64,000 nt of DNA, taken from an uncultured Bacilli bacterium. Its GTDB lineage: Bacteria; Bacillota_I; Bacilli_A; RF39; UBA660. Below the pieces are notes generated by a model. It searched no databases and was not told the DNA's origin. It saw only the letters and a program-made list of their open reading frames with translations. This document shows positions 29,222-39,135 of the stretch, one piece after another. The stretch's first letter is position 1, and every line of letters starts with the position of its first letter. The DNA is taken from positions 25,120 through 89,119 of the forward strand of contig CALVIC010000001.1 of the NCBI GenBank assembly GCA_944329365.1. The letters are read 5' to 3'. A program made the position numbers and the translations under genes.

Positions 29222-29743
29222 ATGGAAGAATATATGCCGGATGTTTATGGAAAAAGTATATATACAATCGATTATACTAAGCTTTTAAGCCGTGGTATAA
29301 AGTGCCTTTTGTTTGATCTCGATAATACGATTGTTCCTTCACATGAGAATGTCCCTCCTAAAAAGGCTAAAGAGTTGTTTACGAGTTTAAAACAAAAAGG
29401 TTTTAGGGTTATTATATATACTAATAGTCCAATGATTAGGCTTCGGGGTTTTAAAAATTATTTTGGAGTCGATGGGGTCAGTAGTGCGTTTAAACCGTTT
29501 ACTTATAAGCTTAAGAGATTACTTAAGAAGTACAATCTTACAGCTAGCGAAGTAGCTATTATTGGTGATCAGTTGATGACTGATGTAAAGGTTGGAAATA
29601 AGGTTGGGATTACAACGGTGTTAATCGAACCTATTTCGAAAAAGGATTTTGTTTTGACGAGGATAAATAGACGTTATGAGAGAAAAGTGATGAAAATTCT
29701 TCGAGACCACGATTTGTTTTGTAAAGGAAGGTATTATGATTAA
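29222..29743 (+). CDS. yqeG: YqeG-family HAD phosphatase (subfamily IIIA)
   Basis: Motif I LLFDLDNTIV. Conserved pairing with yqeH. Confidence 0.8.
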   Translation: MEEYMPDVYGKSIYTIDYTKLLSRGIKCLLFDLDNTIVPSHENVPPKKAKELFTSLKQKGFRVIIYTNSPMIRLRGFKNYFGVDGVSSAFKPFTYKLKRLLKKYNLTASEVAIIGDQLMTDVKVGNKVGITTVLIEPISKKDFVLTRINRRYERKVMKILRDHDLFCKGRYYD

Positions 29744-30698
29744 GTGTTTGGGTTGCGGGGCGACAATGCAGTGTGAGGATAAGAATAAGGAAGGTTATAC
29801 TAGAAGTTTAGATAACAAGTTTTGTGAGAGATGTTTTCAGATAAAACATTATAATAAACATTCATTTATAGATGCCGACGGCAAGAGGTTTTTAGAGAAT
29901 GTCAAAGAGATAGAGAAGACTGGTGATTTGGTTTTATTAGTGACGGATTTTTTGAATTTTGATGATATTTCAAAGTTTAAGATAAAAAATCCAGTTATCT
30001 TAGTAATAACCAAACGTGATATTATGCCAAAGTCATTTTATGAAGAGAGATTTTTGAATAGTATTAAATGTGATTTGAATGTAGTAGGCAAGATTTTGGT
30101 TTCTTCTAAAAATAATTATAATTTAGATGCACTTTTAGAGATGATAAATAAATATAAGAGGAGTAAGAATGTTTATGTTGCTGGGTTTACGAATGCGGGT
30201 AAGTCTAGCTTGATAAATAAATTTTTAAAAAATTATGGAAATAGGGCTGAAGAGATTACGACTAGTATTTTACCTTCAACGACTATCGATTTAAATTATA
30301 TAAGTATTATGGACGATCTTGTTTTAATCGATACACCTGGACTTATAGATGAGGGAAGTATTTATAATTTAGTTAGTGGCGATGAACTGGGCCGTATTAT
30401 TCCAAGGAGAGAGATTAGACCGATTATTTATCAGATTAAATCTTTACAGACGGTAGTTATAGATAAGTATGCAAGTTTATATTTGGACGATAATAATATT
30501 ACTATTTATATGTCTAATGATTTGCAAATTAATAGATTTTATAAGGAACGGTCTACCGATAATTTTAAATATTATGATATAGATGTTTTAGAGGGGTCTG
30601 ATTTGGTCATAAAAGGTCTTGGCTTTATTAGATTTAAAAAGAGTGGTAAGGTTAGGTTAGGTTTGCCGAGGGGTGTTTTATATACTTTTAGAAAATAA
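29736..30698 (+). CDS. yqeH: ribosome-biogenesis GTPase YqeH (circularly permuted GTPase with N-terminal zinc ribbon)
   Basis: CLGCGATMQC…CERCF zinc ribbon. G4 TKRD precedes G1 GFTNAGKSS. Terminator at 30710-30738. Confidence 0.85.
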   Translation: MIKCLGCGATMQCEDKNKEGYTRSLDNKFCERCFQIKHYNKHSFIDADGKRFLENVKEIEKTGDLVLLVTDFLNFDDISKFKIKNPVILVITKRDIMPKSFYEERFLNSIKCDLNVVGKILVSSKNNYNLDALLEMINKYKRSKNVYVAGFTNAGKSSLINKFLKNYGNRAEEITTSILPSTTIDLNYISIMDDLVLIDTPGLIDEGSIYNLVSGDELGRIIPRREIRPIIYQIKSLQTVVIDKYASLYLDDNNITIYMSNDLQINRFYKERSTDNFKYYDIDVLEGSDLVIKGLGFIRFKKSGKVRLGLPRGVLYTFRK

Positions 30699-30955
30699 TT
30701 TTGGAAGATGCATATTATAAGAAATGATATGCTTTTTAAGTTATTTAAAAAAAGCTGTGTTCAACTTTATGACTGATAAGAAAACATAACTATACATATC
30801 AACAAATATAAGGATAATTTAAAACAGACTGTCTGTATAAAAGCTCAATGATATTGTCCCTCAGTCACAAAGTATAACAGGACCTTAAAAAAAATGACTT
30901 TTTTAAAGTAATCATTCCGACTTTTTTAAATTCAAAACATGACTATTTTAAAACT

Positions 30956-32086
30956 ATGATTTATACTTTGCTTTTAAGTATAAAACCGGATAATATGGAG
31001 TATGTCACTCTTGATGATGAGGTATTAAGACAGCAAGCTATAGATGATCCTAAGTTGTTTTTGGAGGAACATCCGGCACCTTTGCTTGTAGATGAGGCGC
31101 AATATGCACCAAATTTATTTTCTTATATTAAAATGAAGGTTGACAGAAGTGATGAAAACGGAATGTATTGGCTTACTGGTTCACAACAATTTCATCTGAT
31201 GAAGAACGTGTCTGAGTCTTTAGCTGGTAGAGTTGGCATAGTTAATTTAAATAGTTTTATGTATTCGGAAATTAAAAGAAATACATCTAAGGCTTTATTT
31301 GATCCATTAAATTTAAAAAAAGCAGAAAAAATAGATGTTAATGAATTATATGAACTTATATATAAAGGTGGAATGCCCGCACTTTATAAAAATAGTAATA
31401 TTAATCCTAATATATATTTTCAAGGTTATTTGGACACTTACATTTCAAGAGATGTGAGAGAGCTTACAGGGGTGGGTAATGTAGACTCTTTTAAGAAGTT
31501 TATAGTTAGTGTGGCATCAAGAACTGGAGAACAATTAAATTATTCTGCTTTGGCAAATGATGCAGGAATAAGTGTGCCGACGGCTAAATCTTGGTTTTCA
31601 ATTCTTACTTCTACAGGGCTTGTTTATTTGCTTGAACCTTATATGTCATCAGAGTTAAAGAGAATTACACATATTCCTAAAATAATTTTTATGGATACTG
31701 GTCTTGCTTGTTTTTTGACCGGATGGGATAGTCCCCGAGAGTTGCAGCTTAGTTCTAGCTCAGGTCATTATTTGGAGACTTATATCGTAAGTGAAATAAT
31801 AAAATCTTATAACGCTAGAGGAATTAGGCCTAATCTGTCATATTATAGGGATAAAGATAAGAATGAAATAGATTTAATTTTTTATAAAAATAATACACTG
31901 TATCCATTTGAAATAAAGAAGACGGCTTCACCAAATAAATCTATGATAAAGAATTTTGATTTGCTTTCTAAAGTTAATAAAAAGGTGGGTACTGGAGGAA
32001 TTATTTGTCTTTATGATGATTTAATGCATTTGGATGAAAATAATTATATTATTCCTGTTTCATCAGTTATCAATGGAAAAGATTAA
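30956..32086 (+). pseudogene. DUF4143-type ATPase (AAA_14 family) lacking its N-terminal Walker A segment, probably a 5'-truncated remnant
   Basis: Begins at the Walker B region (LLVDEAQYAPNLF). The in-frame upstream sequence hits a stop at 30905 with no Walker A. No RBS. Confidence 0.5.
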
Positions 32087-32189
32087 TTTTTAATAGAAAT
32101 CTAATTTGTTTAAATTTATGATTTCTTTTTTATTTGTGATGTTTGAATAATCGATGGTTTGTGATAAAATTATAGTAGGTGATGAATAT

Positions 32190-33962
32190 ATGTTAGGGGC
32201 AATAATAGGTATCGAGGAAGATACAGTTTTAGTTAAACTTAATATTGATCTTAATAAATTTCAAAATTTAGTTAATTTGCACGTGGTAATGGAAGATGCG
32301 AACGACATGCTTGTCGGAGAAATTGTCGATATCAAAGATGGCATGGCTTATGTAAATTTAATGGGGCAAATTATCAACAATGAGTTTGTTTTTGGGGTTA
32401 TGAGAAAACCTTCTTTTGGAGCTTCAGTTAAACTTATTTCAAAGGAAAAGATTCCGATGATTATAAGTGTCGATAATCCTTCTGAGAGAAAAGATGTATT
32501 TATCGGTGAGAGTCCAATTTATCCAGGGGTTAGAATTGGGTTTAATATAAATGATTTTTTTGCTAATCATTTTGCGATATTTGGGTCAACTGGTAGTGGA
32601 AAGTCTTGGGGAGTTGCGAGACTTGTTCAAAGTATTTTTGATAAGAGGTCAACGGTTGCTTACAGGGCTAGTATTTTTATTTTTGATGCATATGGTGAGT
32701 ATCATGCGGCTTTTAAGACTTTAAATGAGAAGGTACCAGAACTCAGTTTTAAGGCTTATACGACTAATACGAATATATCTGATACGGAACTTTTAAAGAT
32801 TCCTCTTTGGCTTTTGACAACTGATGATATTGCCTTGCTTTTAAATGCTGAATCAACAAATCAACTTCCTATTATTGAAAAGGCACTTAAGTTAGTTGGG
32901 GTTTTTGCGAGAGATGAGGAAGAGGTTATTAAACAAAAGAATGATATTATTGCGAGGGCTATTTTAGATATTTTGTCTTCTGGTAAGAATTCTTCGCAGA
33001 TAAGAGATCAGATTTTTTCAATTTTATCAACTTATCATACAAAGGATTTAAATTTAGAGACAACTATTTATCAACCTGGTTATGCAAGACCACTTAAACA
33101 ATGTTTGCTGATTGATGCTTCCGGAAAAATTAGAGAGATGGAGCTTCTTACAAATTTTATGCAGTCTTTTAAAGATGATTCAATTGAGCTTGAGATGCCA
33201 GATGGTTCATTTAAGTATGGACTTGAGGATTTTAAAATAGCACTTGATTTTGCTTTAATCAGTGAGGGCGCACTTACAAGTGATAAGGTATACGATGAAG
33301 ATAATGTTTTAAAGGTTAGACTTCACAACTTGTTAAATGGTGATTATGCAAAATACTTTGAGTGCGATAAATATATTTCGAGAGATGATTATATTAAAAG
33401 TTTATTAATGGCTGATAATGGAAGAAAAGCTCAGATAATCAACTTTAATATCAATTATGTTGACGATAGGTTTGCAAAAACGATTACGAAAATATATTCT
33501 AAGCTATTATTTGAATATGCGAAAAATTTAGAGAGACGAGCTTCTTTACCTTTCCATATTATTTTGGAAGAGGCTCATAGATATGTACAAAATGATAATG
33601 ATATTAATTTGCTTGGTTATAATATTTTCGATAGAATTACTAAAGAGGGTAGGAAGTATGGTGTTTTACTTGGACTTATTTCGCAAAGACCTTCTGATTT
33701 GTCGGAAACTTCAATATCACAGTGTAATAATTTCTTGATATTTAAGATGTTGCACCCTCGTGATATTCAGTATATAAGGGATATGGTTCCAAATATTACA
33801 AATGAAATTGTTAAGAGACTTAGAGTTTTACAACCTGGTAATTGTATTGCGTTTGGAAATGCTTTTCATGTTCCTGTTTTAATTAAGATGGATAAGCCAT
33901 CACCACCACCTTCAAGTAGTAGTTGTGATATTTCTGAAAATTGGTTTATCGATAGAAAATAG
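32190..33962 (+). CDS. HerA/DUF87-like ATPase with a HAS-barrel N-terminus, FtsK/VirB4-type P-loop
   Basis: Walker A FGSTGSGKS and Walker B HIILEEAH. N-terminal HAS-barrel-like region. Start could be the upstream ATG at 32154. Confidence 0.6.
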   Translation: MLGAIIGIEEDTVLVKLNIDLNKFQNLVNLHVVMEDANDMLVGEIVDIKDGMAYVNLMGQIINNEFVFGVMRKPSFGASVKLISKEKIPMIISVDNPSERKDVFIGESPIYPGVRIGFNINDFFANHFAIFGSTGSGKSWGVARLVQSIFDKRSTVAYRASIFIFDAYGEYHAAFKTLNEKVPELSFKAYTTNTNISDTELLKIPLWLLTTDDIALLLNAESTNQLPIIEKALKLVGVFARDEEEVIKQKNDIIARAILDILSSGKNSSQIRDQIFSILSTYHTKDLNLETTIYQPGYARPLKQCLLIDASGKIREMELLTNFMQSFKDDSIELEMPDGSFKYGLEDFKIALDFALISEGALTSDKVYDEDNVLKVRLHNLLNGDYAKYFECDKYISRDDYIKSLLMADNGRKAQIINFNINYVDDRFAKTITKIYSKLLFEYAKNLERRASLPFHIILEEAHRYVQNDNDINLLGYNIFDRITKEGRKYGVLLGLISQRPSDLSETSISQCNNFLIFKMLHPRDIQYIRDMVPNITNEIVKRLRVLQPGNCIAFGNAFHVPVLIKMDKPSPPPSSSSCDISENWFIDRK

Positions 33963-34260
33963 GTATCTAATTGAGATATCTTTTTTTATTGTGGGTAAAA
34001 TAATTTCGAAAATCTACAAGAAAATTAAAAAAATATGTAAACCTCTTGACAAAAAAATGGGGGGGCAATAATGTCAACTTAAGAGGGGGACGAATTTTGA
34101 AATATAAAAAATTCCCAATTAATTGTTAAATGGGAGGGGCATATTTTGATAAATTATTTTTTTGACCATGATTGGGTATGTCAAGAAAAGTGTGTAAGTT
34201 GAGAAATAAGATAAAAAAATCTTGTTTCAAAAACTGACACACTTTATTTTACACTCTCTA

Positions 34261-35214
34261 TTATATTATTTTTGCTTTTGTTTTATCACCTTGATAAATG
34301 TTTCTTTTTACCATTTCTTTATCGATATCATTTAAGACGTTTATTTTTTTAGGAAGCCATAATGGAGCGATTAGTTCTTCTTCCATTGGATCACCAGTTA
34401 GTCTTTGGATAACTATTTTAGGATTTAAATATTCTAATTGTTCACAGACTATATCGACATATTCTTCTTCAGTTAATAGGTGGAATGGCTTTATTTTGTA
34501 TAGCTTTTCAAGTGGGGTATCTTTTAAGACTGACAGCATATGAATTTTTATGCCATCGATGTTTAATTTATTTAAATATTTAACTGTTTCAATCATCATA
34601 TTTTTGGTTTCATATGGAAGACCATTAATGATATGAACAACAGTAAATATTTTTCTTTTTTGGAGTTTTTTGACCATGTCTTCAAAACATTTTAAATCGT
34701 GACATCTATTAATTAGGATAGATGTTTTTTCATGAATTGTTTGAAGGCCTAATTCGACTGTTAGAAATGTTCTTTTATTTAAATCTTCTAAATAGTCTAA
34801 ACATTCATCGGTTATGCAGTCAGGTCTTGTAGCAATCGCAAGGCCAACGACGTTAGGTTGTTTTAAGATTGGTTCGTATTTGGCTTTTAAGTCTGAAACT
34901 GGGGCATAGGTATTTGTTCTTGCTTGAAAATAACCTATGTATTTACTATTTGGCCATTTGCGGTCCATAACTTTTTTAATTGTGTTAAACTGAGTTATTA
35001 AATCTTCTTCGGGGTTGCCACCATATTCACCGCTTCCTGATTTGGAACAATAAATACATCCTGATGTTGATTTAGTTCCGTCGATATTGGGACAGGTAAA
35101 TCCTCCGTTTAGGCTTATTTTACATACTTTTGTGCCAAATTTTTGTTTGAAAAAATAGTCTAATGTATGATATCTTTTATTAGTATTTGAATAAGGAAAG
35201 TTCATTAAAATCAC
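34261..35214 (-). CDS. radical SAM protein, TIGR01212-like (YhcC family)
   Basis: Cys triad CPNIDGTKSTSGCIYC near the N-terminus. The only long minus-strand gene in the 30-46 kb region. Confidence 0.75.
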   Translation of the reverse strand: MILMNFPYSNTNKRYHTLDYFFKQKFGTKVCKISLNGGFTCPNIDGTKSTSGCIYCSKSGSGEYGGNPEEDLITQFNTIKKVMDRKWPNSKYIGYFQARTNTYAPVSDLKAKYEPILKQPNVVGLAIATRPDCITDECLDYLEDLNKRTFLTVELGLQTIHEKTSILINRCHDLKCFEDMVKKLQKRKIFTVVHIINGLPYETKNMMIETVKYLNKLNIDGIKIHMLSVLKDTPLEKLYKIKPFHLLTEEEYVDIVCEQLEYLNPKIVIQRLTGDPMEEELIAPLWLPKKINVLNDIDKEMVKRNIYQGDKTKAKII

Positions 35215-35337
35215 CAGATATTATTATAACAAAAGTTTTTAAATTTGTGAAAAAATAATGAAAATATGTTATTTTTTGTAATTTTCCTTTATATTATAAG
35301 GTTTTTTTGATATAATGACACTGGGAGGTAAAAAAAC

Positions 35338-36984
35338 ATGAAAAGAAAAATACTTAAGGTACTTGGGATATCATTTTTATTTTTTGTTGTACTTAGTTGG
35401 ATTATTCCAACAGGAACTTATTACAACGGAAGTTTAACAACTAATGACGTTGATCCAATAGGAATTATCGACATATTTACACAACCAGTAAATGCGTTTA
35501 TTACTTTTTCATTATATGGAGTAGTATTTGCGGTTATCGGTGGTTTTTATGGAGTTATGGAAAAAACTGGAGCTTTAGATAAAGTTACAGATTGGTTAAA
35601 TATTAGATTTGAAAAAAGAACTAAGTTATTTTTAGCAATAACTGTAATCTTCTTTGCTGTTTTATCTTCAGTAACTGGTTTAATTTTACCATTATTCTTG
35701 TTAGTACCACTTTTTGCGGCTGTACTTTTCAAGATGGACTACGATAAAGTAACGGTTTTAGCTTCAACTGTTGGAGCTTTACTTGTCGGTTCAATCGCAT
35801 CTACTTATGGATTTAATATTTCTGGTTATACTAAGAATTTATTATATCTAGAAGATATGAATACTGAAATATGGGCAAAAGTTATTTTACTTGTTCTACT
35901 GACAGCTGCGCTCGTTATGGTAGTTTTATTTACTGGAAGAAAGAAGAGAGAAGTTGCTGAAATGGCAAGTGTTAGTGGAGCTGAGATTAATGTGAAGGCT
36001 GAGTCTGAAAAGGTTCAAACTAAGGCTTCTACTAAAAAGGAAGAAAAGGCTACAGTAAAAGAAACTAAGAAAGCCACTACAAAACCTGCTAAGAAAACAG
36101 AAAGCAAAACAACTGCTAAAACTACAAAGAAGACAACTTCAAAAACTTCGGGTTCAACTCGTGGTCGTAAGCCTAGTAAAAAGACTAATACTAAAGCTTT
36201 AGCGATTGCTCATGATATTAAAAAAGTTTCTGAGAAGAAAAAGGTTAGTGGAATTCCATTTGTCGTTATTTTGGTTTTAACAATGATTGTGACAATTCTT
36301 GGAATGTATAATTGGTATTATGCATTTGGCATCGATGTATTCAACAACTTATATGACAATGTAATGAATGTTAAAATTGGAGATTTCCCTATTTTTGAAC
36401 ATTTATTTAGTGGTTCAAGTCAATTTGGTTATTGGAGTAATGTCGACTTTATCGCACTTGTGATTTTTGCTTCAATGCTTATTGCATGGCTTTATAAAGT
36501 AAAGGTAAACGACTATATCGAAGCATTTATCGGTGGAGTTAAGAAATGGCTTCCAACTGCAATTTATGCAGTTTTGGCAAGTGTTATTTTCTCCGTTGTT
36601 TATCAAGCATTATCTTCACAAACCGGAACTATTGTTGATACTATTAATGCGAAAATATTTGAATTATCAGATGGATTCAATGTAGTATTTACTGGTGCGG
36701 CAAGTCTTATCGGAAGTTTCTTCTTTAACGATTTATATTATTTACTTTACGATATGTCTTCATTTATCAGTGGATATGATGCAACAACACTTCCAATTGC
36801 TGGTTTACTTGTTCAATCAGTTTATGGTGTTGCAATGTTAATATTCCCAACAAGTGTAGTTTTAATCGCTGGTTTAAGTTTATTTAATGTTTCTTATAAA
36901 CAGTGGATGAAATACATTTGGAAGTTTGCCTTAATTGCATTCTTATTAGTATTACTTGTTTGTGGTATACTTACGTTATTATAA
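35338..36984 (+). CDS. YfcC/DcuC-like polytopic transporter interrupted by a Lys/Thr-rich, histone-H1-like low-complexity insert of about 90 aa
   Basis: TM-rich N- and C-terminal halves. Insert …KKEEKATVKETKKATTKPAKKTESKTTAKTTKKTTSKTSGSTRGRKPSKK… at roughly 35.95-36.22 kb. Confidence 0.6.
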   Translation: MKRKILKVLGISFLFFVVLSWIIPTGTYYNGSLTTNDVDPIGIIDIFTQPVNAFITFSLYGVVFAVIGGFYGVMEKTGALDKVTDWLNIRFEKRTKLFLAITVIFFAVLSSVTGLILPLFLLVPLFAAVLFKMDYDKVTVLASTVGALLVGSIASTYGFNISGYTKNLLYLEDMNTEIWAKVILLVLLTAALVMVVLFTGRKKREVAEMASVSGAEINVKAESEKVQTKASTKKEEKATVKETKKATTKPAKKTESKTTAKTTKKTTSKTSGSTRGRKPSKKTNTKALAIAHDIKKVSEKKKVSGIPFVVILVLTMIVTILGMYNWYYAFGIDVFNNLYDNVMNVKIGDFPIFEHLFSGSSQFGYWSNVDFIALVIFASMLIAWLYKVKVNDYIEAFIGGVKKWLPTAIYAVLASVIFSVVYQALSSQTGTIVDTINAKIFELSDGFNVVFTGAASLIGSFFFNDLYYLLYDMSSFISGYDATTLPIAGLLVQSVYGVAMLIFPTSVVLIAGLSLFNVSYKQWMKYIWKFALIAFLLVLLVCGILTLL

Positions 36985-37049
36985 GAGAAAGTTTAAAATT
37001 TTCTCTTATTTTTTTTGAAAAAATGTTCATAGTAATAATGGTGATTTAA

Positions 37050-38414
37050 ATGAAAAATATTTCTATTTGGCGTGATAAAAAGGTAAATTCGGAGCCTTTT
37101 TTAGATGAGAATATCGAAACAGATATTTTGATAATTGGTGGAGGGATGACGGGACTTAGTACAGCTTATTTTTTGAGAGATAAGGGTTATAAAGTTTGTT
37201 TAACAGAAAAAAACTATATTGGTAATGGAGTTACGACAAAGTCGACTGGAAAGATCACTTATTTACAAGATATACTTAAAGATATAGATAATATTGATGA
37301 TTATATAAAAGCGCAGATTGAGGCATGTAATCTTATAAAAAAAGTGATTATGGAGAATAATATAGACTGTGATTATGAAGAAGTTTATCATTATTTAGAT
37401 AGCGATGATAATAGAAAGATTAATGATTTATATAAGAAAATAAAAAATTATTGTAAGAGGGATGGTGATACTTTAAAAGCTTTAAGTGCGGTTTTTAATC
37501 CATTTAAGTTTTTAATTTCTTTGAAAGAAATATGTTTGAAATCTAATGTTAAGATTTATGAAAATACAGGAATTATAAAGGTTGACACAGATAGATTTAT
37601 TGCTTATACCGGTAAGTATAAAATAAAATTTAAAAATTGTGTTTTGGCAACTCATTATCCTTCACTGGTTAAACTTTTATTTTTGCCAGTTCACTCTTAT
37701 CTCGAAAAGTCATATTTAGGCGCTACAAAGGTTTTTGATAATAAAAAAAGTAGTGGTATTTCAATCGATAAAGATAGTAGGTCATATAGGTATTATAAGG
37801 ATTACTATATTTTTTTAGGTGAGGTAAGTGATACTAGTATGAATTTTAATGTTTCTTTGGATTTTGATAATTTAATAAAAAGGAATATTACAGCTGATTA
37901 TGTTTGGTCAAATAAAGATATCATGACAATTGATCATATGCCATATATTGGAAAAGTTTTAGATAATATTTATATTGGTACTGGTTATAATACTTGGGGA
38001 ATGACTAATGGATTTTTAGCAGGTAGGATTATAAGTGATTTAATTTTAAAGGGAATAAGTGAATTTGGTGATTTGTTTGATCCAAAGAGGTTAACTAAGT
38101 TGAAAGATTATTTGAAATTTCCAATTTTCATGGGAATTAGTGCGAAGGCATTTGTGAAAAGTAGATTAGATGATAATCCATATAAATTAGTGGCTTTAAA
38201 AAAAATAAATAATAAAAAAGTTTTGGTTTATACGGATAAGGATGGTAGGAAACATACGGTGTGCCGAACTTGTCCTCATTTGAAATGCGGGATTATTTTG
38301 AATAAAGTAGAGGAGATTTGGGAATGTCCTTGTCATGGTTCAAAATTTGATATAGATGGTAAGTGTATAGAGGGTCCTAGTAATTTTGATATATCATTTA
38401 AAGAAAATTCTTAG
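37050..38414 (+). CDS. FAD-dependent oxidoreductase fused to a C-terminal Rieske [2Fe-2S] domain
   Basis: Dinucleotide fold ILIIGGGMTGLSTAYFL. Rieske boxes CPHLKC and CPCHGS. Confidence 0.75.
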   Translation: MKNISIWRDKKVNSEPFLDENIETDILIIGGGMTGLSTAYFLRDKGYKVCLTEKNYIGNGVTTKSTGKITYLQDILKDIDNIDDYIKAQIEACNLIKKVIMENNIDCDYEEVYHYLDSDDNRKINDLYKKIKNYCKRDGDTLKALSAVFNPFKFLISLKEICLKSNVKIYENTGIIKVDTDRFIAYTGKYKIKFKNCVLATHYPSLVKLLFLPVHSYLEKSYLGATKVFDNKKSSGISIDKDSRSYRYYKDYYIFLGEVSDTSMNFNVSLDFDNLIKRNITADYVWSNKDIMTIDHMPYIGKVLDNIYIGTGYNTWGMTNGFLAGRIISDLILKGISEFGDLFDPKRLTKLKDYLKFPIFMGISAKAFVKSRLDDNPYKLVALKKINNKKVLVYTDKDGRKHTVCRTCPHLKCGIILNKVEEIWECPCHGSKFDIDGKCIEGPSNFDISFKENS

Positions 38415-38477
38415 AATGGAATATTTTTCATTCTTTTTTTTATAAATTTTTTGTGATAAAATTATAGTGGTGATAGT

Positions 38478-39122
38478 ATGCAACTTGAATTTGATTATAA
38501 GTTAGATGGTGAGACTTATAAGGTAATAGTTACTAAGAAAAACAACAAAAATACATATATAAAGGTTAAAGAAGATTTAACCATTAATGTTTCAACTAAT
38601 TATTTAGCAACAAAACATTATATAAAAGGGTTACTCGATAGTGAACGCGATTATTTGCGCAAAGTTTTGCAGAAGTTAAAGGTTCGAGCAGAAAAAGAAA
38701 CAGATTTCTATTATTTAGGGGAAAAATATGATATAATATGGGTACCATTTAGTAAAGTAGAAGTCGATGGTTTGAAGATTTATGCAAAGGATGAAAAACA
38801 ACTTGAAAAGTGGCTTAAGAAAGAGATGCTTCGAGTTTTTACTGAGAGACTTGAATATAATTATGATTTATTTGACGAAGATATTCCGTTTCCAAAGTTA
38901 AAAATTCGAAGTATGAAGACTAGGTGGGGTGTTTGTAATAAGCGTGATGATTCAGTGACGCTTAATTCTAAACTTATTAAATACGATATTAAAGAAATCG
39001 ATTATGTAATTATTCATGAACTTTCACATTTTGTACATTTTGATCATTCGAAAGATTTCTGGAAGACAGTGAGTTATTATATGCCGGATTATAAAAAGGC
39101 AGTAAAAGTATTAAATGGATAA
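38478..39122 (+). CDS. YgjP-like (DUF45/SprT-like) zinc metallopeptidase
   Basis: HELSH (HExxH) near the C-terminus within a 214-aa fold. Confidence 0.7.
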   Translation: MQLEFDYKLDGETYKVIVTKKNNKNTYIKVKEDLTINVSTNYLATKHYIKGLLDSERDYLRKVLQKLKVRAEKETDFYYLGEKYDIIWVPFSKVEVDGLKIYAKDEKQLEKWLKKEMLRVFTERLEYNYDLFDEDIPFPKLKIRSMKTRWGVCNKRDDSVTLNSKLIKYDIKEIDYVIIHELSHFVHFDHSKDFWKTVSYYMPDYKKAVKVLNG

Positions 39123-39135
39123 GGAGGGTTATTTA

